A DNA stretch of 64,000 nucleotides, taken from positions 67,146,001-67,210,000 of the forward strand of contig NC_135659.1 of the NCBI RefSeq assembly GCF_964188315.1, written 5' to 3'. This stretch comes from Podarcis muralis. Its lineage: Eukaryota. A model generated the notes under the pieces. The model saw nothing but the letters and a program-made list of their open reading frames with translations, ran no database searches and was not told the origin of the DNA. This document shows, piece after piece, positions 1 through 64,000 of this stretch; positions within the stretch are counted from its first letter, which is position 1, and each line of letters begins with the position of its first letter. The translations under genes were made by a program, and so were the position numbers.

Positions 1-283
1 TGAAACCCACTGATTCCCTTTTGAAATTGCAAGAGTCTGCTGCAGATTAAGCTTTATATATTTAGAACTGTGTGATCTTATCAGAGCCAAAACACAGATT
101 ACATGAAAGAGAAATCCTGCCTTGTGCTGCAAATGAGCAAAAGGAAATAATGCTATCTTTCTTCGCTATTATTTTGAGTATTTTCCAGTTTTTTTCGTTA
201 GAGAGATTACTAACCTCCTGATCATGCTAAGGTATGGGAATAATGTTTATTTGTATTAACAGTGTCCTGTTTGCTTTTAACAG

Positions 284-38667
<38,384 letters not shown>

Positions 38668-40294
38668 CTGACAAACTTTTTTAGAACATATTTTAATCAG
38701 GTTTCTAATGTGGCCACTTAAAACAGTTTTTCTTTTCACAAAACTGTCATTTTTTCAGACACTGTGATGAACAGAAAGTACATTTGATTGGAAGTGAAAT
38801 TAGGCTGCATGAAGGACCTTTCGGATTGCATATATGAAACTCTTCAAAAGCTGCTGTCCTTTGGTCCCTTTGAAGGTGGTGTCCTGATGCTCCTGATGTT
38901 GCACTGCTAAGGCTTTCTGATAGTATTGTGAGATAATGAACAAAATTATTTAATGCCTATTATCAGTGTAATCATGACTCACTACTCTTGTTCTTGTGCC
39001 AAGTTATCTACTGTATCCTGTTGAATCTTCTGCATTTTCCACTGCCACAGAAAAGGGGGGGGGGGGAGTTTAAAAATGAGTATTTACTCAAGCATGCTGC
39101 ATGTTTACATAGGGAATATTTCTGAGTTCTCGCTGCTCAAGCAAGAAGTTAGATGTGCTTGGTTTTCTTGGCTCTCTGGAGTCAGGGAGCAAACATGCCC
39201 CAAATGCCTTTTTTCACAAAGCTCTCTTCCACCCTCCTCAAACCTGTCAATACCAGCATAATAACTTTAAACAGGACAGTGCCCCTTTATATGTGCTTTT
39301 TTGTCATTTGCTCTCTTCACTACCTTGTTCGAGTTGTCCATTCCAACTTTAAAATATGTGATACAAATTTAAATCTGAAAGCTGAGTAGTTTTAAAATCA
39401 CAACAGTTCTCTTAATTTCAGCCTGATTATATTGAAGTAAGTGGCTTCAGGATTGCCACGAAATTATATCCTGATTATTATTTTTTAACAAGCACTTTTA
39501 ACATTAGTTATTAAACATGCAGAGTGTGCATATGCTTTCAAGCTTACTGCCATGCTGTTTGTCAGCATCTCCCATCTGTTGTTTGTTTTTTTTGCTTAAT
39601 GCCGTCTAAACACTTGAATATTTCCTGCCTTGGCTCAGAATTCAAGATCTTAAAACACAGCAGAGTAAACCAATCCACCAAAGTCAAATTCTCAAGAATT
39701 GTCCTTGCTTGTCGCTATTACTAGAAGACCTTACTTTGTTTTCCATTTTTTTACGTACCTCTCTTACTTCTGTGTGAGTGTAAATATGATAGTGAGGAAT
39801 GTTAACAGTGGAGCCCATTTGCACCTCAGACGTGTAGTTAATAGTGATGGGATTTGAGGAGATGGCAAGCTGCAAGAATGGAGACTTTGAATTTTACATC
39901 ATTCTAGCAATGGATTTGGCAGCCTCTGGAGGAGCTTTTGTGAGTTTGATCCATCTCAGCAAAGAGTTTGATCCATGCCCCTTATGTTACCCTAAATCAA
40001 AGATTTCCACATTTTGTCAGGGAGCTTCCTCTTCCAGTAGGCTGTTTAATTGTATTACACTTCTTTCTTCCAGCTTTCAAGTCTTGTTCTCTAGTTTTAT
40101 TTTTTTAACAAGACTTTTTCTGGTTCCACCCAGGCAACTCATATTTTATTCTTTCCCCTTTCTTCTCAAACTTATTTTCTTTCCTTCATCCATTAGCTTC
40201 TCTTCCAGTCCTTTTTTTACATGTTCTGTTAGTTATAGTGTATAAGTGATGATTTCTCAAACATGCAGAATGTTTTGTAATGGAACTTTCATTG

Positions 40295-40332
<38 letters not shown>

Positions 40333-42600
40333 CGTTTTGGGAATGTCTTAATGCAATGTCTGGTTAATAAGTTCTGCAAGTTCTTTAGTGTTTTGAGCTT
40401 GTTTTGCTTTTTGAGCGGGAGTGTGTGTGTTTGAGATGGGACAAAACAAGTTCCTTCCAGCATAGCAGCACTGTGGCAAATGGATGTCTGCAAATTAAGG
40501 ACACGTTGTTAATATTGCCTTTTAAGAACTCTACTACTGCTAACATTCTTCTCCCTTCCTCTCCCCTCTATTTTGTGAAATCCCTATCTACTAAAGAAAA
40601 AAAATGCACAGTACTATTTTTCTTGCACAGTAATGTCCAAGCATTTAAAAAAAAAAAAAAATCTAATGGTGGCATTCCTGTTTTGCTGACATATTAACCC
40701 TTTCTTTTTATCAGTTGCACTCTACTTTAGGCAGTCTGGCAGTCAGTTTTACTGCTTTGTTGAACTGAATGAGACAAGCTTCTCTACTTCCTTTGCATGT
40801 GTAGTTCTTTGCATGTGCAGTAACTACTGTTACTGTGGCACTTCCCCTGAGCCAGTAGGAATAAGAGAAAAGTCATTCCCATTGCTGTTTGGAAATATTT
40901 ATCTATATAGAGCCCATCTATCTGCTCAAGGTTTTACCATTTCTGTTCGCTTTTCACTTTTGCATGATACTGCTCAGCCTTATTCTGGAGAACAGCTGAA
41001 GTTGGCATTGTGTCGTAGTAACTACAGGCTTGCCACTGAGGGCTTTAGCGATGTCACTTTCAGAAGATTATTGCTTTGCATTCAACTCGATTGCTGACAT
41101 ACCCTTTTCACCTAGCCCTGCTGGGTCTGAATGCTTTGAGTGTGATGGGGAATAGATTGGTGAAGATATCTAGGATAGTGGTAATCCTGTGAACTCTTGA
41201 AATGGACTTTGATTGCTGAAGAATGAAATTCCTTAGATGCTGTCTGTGTGAGATATGATTTCACTGAAGCCTGGAATACTTCAAGAGGTGTACTTGCTTG
41301 GTGCTATTGTTACTGGTTTTGTATGACTATCCCTGTGTGGTTGCTGTGCTTATCCTGCTAGCTTGATCAGAAGCAACTGACATAAGTGACATCCAATTGC
41401 CCATTTAAAAGCACTAGGTCTCTAGAAAGCTGTTGATTAGCCCTTTCCTCACCACCACCTCTCAAGCTGACCATTGCAATGACAGTGAAAATGCTTGAGA
41501 AGGAAAAGTTGAAAGCATAAACGTACCTGTAATCAGAGCCTCAATAGGATGCCTGATGGCACTGGTCAGAATGGGAAATTGAAAGGTGCAAGGTTGTCTG
41601 TTGTGCAATAGTCCTGCACTTTCATGATGGATTTACTCATGTGGCAGCCAGAAACATATACTGGTGTGATGATGCACATTTAAGTTAGGTTAGAACATCT
41701 GTTCACCTTTTTAAAAATTTGTGCAAGGTGTATGTATGTTGGCTGTGAATTTACAGTATCTTACAGTTCCACATGGGTTTGTGCTTTTTATTTTTAAATG
41801 GTGTTTTCCCATCCCAACAATATCTGTGTTGCTTATTAATTTCCCTGAGTTTTTGAAAGTTTAATGTGGCTCAAATGAATTCCTGTTTTGAACAGGAGGT
41901 TTTTAAAAGCCCTATATTATTTGGACTTGGTTTTCCTAAGCATTTCTGTGGTGTGATGCTACCAAGACAAACCAGCTCTTGAGGAAATTGTTTTTTAAAA
42001 GACTAACAGCTGGTTAAACTCTTAAATATAAAGAAAATTGTTTTTTGAAGTGTCTTTTGTTCTCTCATTTAAGAACTCAAGTTGCTGTAGGACGTATGTG
42101 CAAATATTGTAGAAAATTACTGTGAAAATATTTAATACTTGAGTTAGCCTATGTAGTTTAAATACCTTGACAAACATCATGAAACATCCCTTCAAGATTC
42201 TCTTATACTCTGTCACAGAATAGTGTTGAATGAAAACTGCAGAAATATCAAGATGACTTAGTAAAACTAAAATGGTTCCCCCCTCCATTATTCAGCAAGT
42301 AATCATTATCCATATGCAATTTAACCTTTAATGGCGTGACCTAATTTGTTGTCCTCTGTTTGATGTGAGCCCTTCTACCCAGAGACTTTGTATCTGTACT
42401 TAACTGCATAAAATGACTTTAGCAATGTGGCCTTGGAATGTTGAGAAACCTATGGTTGTACTGGATGTAAATGTTTATATATTGTACAGCACCTTTATAT
42501 ATACTTCTAAGGTTCTGATTAGAAAGAGACCTGTAAATCGCTCATTATTTTTTATATAGATACATTAAAAAGAGACTCTAGTTCATGGCTTCTGGAGTAC
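38668..42600 (+). other. MAGI3: Probable 3' UTR of long MAGI3
   Basis: AT-rich, largely TE-free stretch after the stop; ATTAAA at 42564-42569. The 3' end is inferred. Confidence 0.55.
40297..40330. repeat. (TG)n microsatellite in the probable MAGI3 3' UTR
   Basis: 17 units, read directly. Confidence 0.98.
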
Positions 42601-42646
42601 TGTACTTTATGAAAATATCACCTCTTCAGTATTTTATGCATTAGAA

Positions 42647-42862
42647 CAAGGGTATATAACTTTTTTCAGGCCAAGGGCTGCATTGGCCCCAGCTAACACT
42701 GTAAACGTGGGCATGACCATTTTTCAAAAGGGGGAAATTTTGGAGATCACAAAATTGTTTGGCATTGCAGAATCAAATTATGTAGAGTAAGAGAAATGGT
42801 TGGGAGGGATTGCAGGGCCACAAAAAACTATTGGGGCAGAGTCAGACTGTGTTAGCCGCCTG
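42647..42862. mobile_element. Old hAT-like remnant between the MAGI3 and PHTF1 3' ends
   Basis: CAAGGGTATATAACTTTTTTCAGGCCAAGGGCTGCATT...GGGCCACAAAAAA resembles CAGGG-type hAT MITEs. Confidence 0.4.
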
Positions 42863-43119
42863 CTACATTATAACTCCAGATTGGATGTAAAAGATCATGA
42901 ACAGCAGGAAGTACAAGTTCAAAAATTCTAAAATACATAGGCTCAGCAGCATTGTTCATGCTTCTGCTTATGTAGAAACATCTCTAAGGTTTAATTTTAC
43001 TTTTCTCACAGCTGTAGCACAATGTAAAATTAACCTTCCACCTGCAGCCAACACATCTCTCACAAATGGCCCTTTTACCTGTAAACACAGTGGTTGTCAT
43101 CAGAAAAGAACATAGCAAA

Positions 43120-44607
43120 ACTTCAGTGTTTACATTACTTGTTTTATTCATCCAGATTACTAACATTTAGTTGGACTTGAAGAATATTGTATGACAATAA
43201 ACAGTTCATACAAAGCTGTTTGTATAAACAGTATCATATACAAAGTATATCTTGCTTAAGATGCTACAGGCAGTGCTGATTTTAAAAATATTCAACTATT
43301 CCATACATACTAGTGACAGCAACCAACCACTCAGTGATAATTTGGTAAGCCCTTTTAGAGTTACTTCACATATTTGTATGTGGATTCAGGAATAAAATTA
43401 TAGTATCACAAATAGAAAAACATAGAAATATGTGTTTGCTGCATGTACATTCAGAAGCTGCCATGTAGGTTCTAAATATTTATGTATGGTAAACCATATG
43501 TATACCATATGTGGAAATCAGTACAGCTATAGAAAATTTTCTTGTGTGAAGCAGTCCACAGCCCTAATACTTACCCTACTTGGGAAGGATTGTGTGTAAA
43601 GTTCTTTAATCAATAGCTCCCTGCAGTGGGAAAATTTTCAGGTCCAACCCACTTTCTGTGCAGCTAAATGCTAGCAATGGGTGTTGTAATCTATCCCAGC
43701 AGAAATTTGGTTCTAATTGCCTCTTAAATACTGTAGAATATCTGCTCTCTCTGGAAGCATATAAACATTGCTGTATTCTCTCATGGAGAGATTGCTTTGC
43801 TTGTTCAGATCAGTCTGAGTTCACATAATGAGTTATTTGAAGAATGCTAATCATATAAAAACTATCATCTCTCCTGGTGTGTGTGGCAGGCCTACTGTAA
43901 GCCACCTTCTGGAGCTGTTTGTGTGTTCCTAAGCAACCGCTGCATGCCTGGAGATAAAAATCCATCACCACAAGTTGAGTATATAATTTCCTTCTCTTAT
44001 AAATCAACATCAGTAGGCAAGGCCTCCAGCAGCTTCTGCTGCTAAGTCTAGTGCCATTCAAGAAAATTTTATTGGAGGCACTTTAAAGTAGGTCAAGAGC
44101 AAGCTACCAAAAGGAGGTGATTCTGCCAAAAACAAGCACCTCTCTGAACTTAGAACATAGCACCATGCTCAGCCACCTCATTTTAAAAACATGTCCCTTA
44201 ACATGTTCGTAGTATGCATTAAGTTCTGTTCCCCTTACAGATGACTTAACAGCAAGCCTTTTCAGGTCGGAAAATGACTGGCTTGATGCAGTGGTTTTGT
44301 TTATGCAACAAATATCTGTTGTATGATTTCATACTACTGCACTCCATGGGAGCTGCAGGTTTGTCAGATAACTTTATTCTAAGAAGCCCGTTTACTAAGG
44401 TTTATTTAACCATTTCTTCAAGCCATGGCCTCACTGAGAATAAAATTAATTTATTCTGATACATTCTTGATGGAATGTATGAAAAACATAAGATGTGAAG
44501 ACTACTAAAATGGGAGAAGCACCTTCAAATGCCATTCCAAGCCCATGCAGGACTGCTGATAACTCTTGTGGCACTGGACAAGGGCCCAAGCTTCTTTCTT
44601 CTTCAAC
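43120..44607 (-). other. PHTF1: Probable PHTF1 3' UTR
   Basis: Follows the stop codon. Distal AATAAA on - at 43143-43148 is followed by a U/GU-rich tract (GTTTTGCTATGTTCTTTT). Confidence 0.6.
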
Positions 44608-63151
<18,544 letters not shown>

Positions 63152-63814
63152 CTATAAATTTAATCATAAAGAATGAGTAGATTTTGTGGTGAATATAATA
63201 GGCTGTCTACTTGTATCTTCTAGGTCTAATCTCATTTGCAAAGATACTGGCTTATAAATAATCATTCATGTTCTCTGGGTATTTGAATTCCTTACACTTA
63301 TGCATGTATATGCAGCACAGAGGCTGTGTACTGTCACAGGACTTCTGAGATGAGGTTATTTATTTATCTAGCTTTTTATTTATTTTTAAAAAGCAATTTT
63401 TAAGCTCACCCTTTATATAAAAATATTAAAATATGAGAGAAATGTATGTTTAAAGGTACACAGACCTGAGAACATTGGGTTGGGAGTCATGGGGCATGAA
63501 ATGAGGTTTTTTGTGCCTTGCACTAGTTCCTGTTTCCTACAGTACCTCAAGCCTATCATATTTTACAACCTACTATCCCCTTCCATGTAATGTCCAAAAC
63601 CATCCAGAACTTTTCTGCAAAATTTCAGCACTACTGTAGATAAAAACCTAGTAATTAAACACTTAAAGAAATTCAGGTTGCCTATTTATGCTTAATCTGC
63701 AAAATAACTAAAGGCAAATAATACAGTTCTTCAATGAATCAGTTTGCATTTGTGAGTGCAAAGGACAACTCTCTGTCAACAGCAGTGAAATATAAATAAA
63801 AATATGAAATATAT

Positions 63815-63939
63815 AATAGATGCACTCATGTCCTGCTTGCAGGCTTTCCATGAGCATCTGGTTGGCCCCTCAGAGAACTGGATGCTGAACTAGATGGCAC
63901 TTTGGTCAGATCCAGCACAGTTTTCATTATGTTCTTATG
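63815..63939 (+). mobile_element. CR1-type 3' end
   Basis: GGATGCTGAACTAGATGG...GATCCAGCAC...TTATGTTCTTATG, the same tail as at about 25720-25790. Confidence 0.7.
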
Positions 63940-64000
63940 ATCCCCCCCCCCCCCGGGAAATATGCCACATATACATTTTGTTAGGCTCTTCAGGCCAACA

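Noticed and set aside
38668-42600. miRNA 8-mer seed matches (CACTGTGA 38760, CACTGCCA 39040, GTGCAATA 41603, ACTGTGAA 42119)
   Set aside because: A few 8-mers are expected by chance in 4 kb across many families; conservation data are needed.

Overview
Vertebrate nuclear DNA, most likely from a squamate. The Sauria SINE, Squam3-like SINE, BovB, L2, CR1, RTE-X-like, Penelope-like and hAT/TcMar MITE content points to a lacertid-type lizard (inference). The window holds two convergent genes, matching the MAGI3-PHTF1 order I recall for human. On the + strand is the 3' half of MAGI3: 11 internal exons (PDZ2 end to PDZ6), then two alternative terminal exons, a short one (GLAPSSLCSYVKPEQH*) and a long basic S/P-rich one. 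On the - strand is most of PHTF1 (16 coding exons; the first coding exons lie beyond 64000). I placed splice junctions by hand and checked their phase. All chain in frame except one PHTF1 exon (57924-58044), which is 1 nt too long and hits a stop. Other notable points: a candidate structured intronic RNA in PHTF1, Penelope remnants with decayed hammerhead cores, a candidate intronic poly(A) site after the large MAGI3 exon, a duplicated in-frame splice donor, and a CR1 interrupted by three insertions. There is a 155-N gap at 30048-30202. Human comparisons are from memory, not from a database search.
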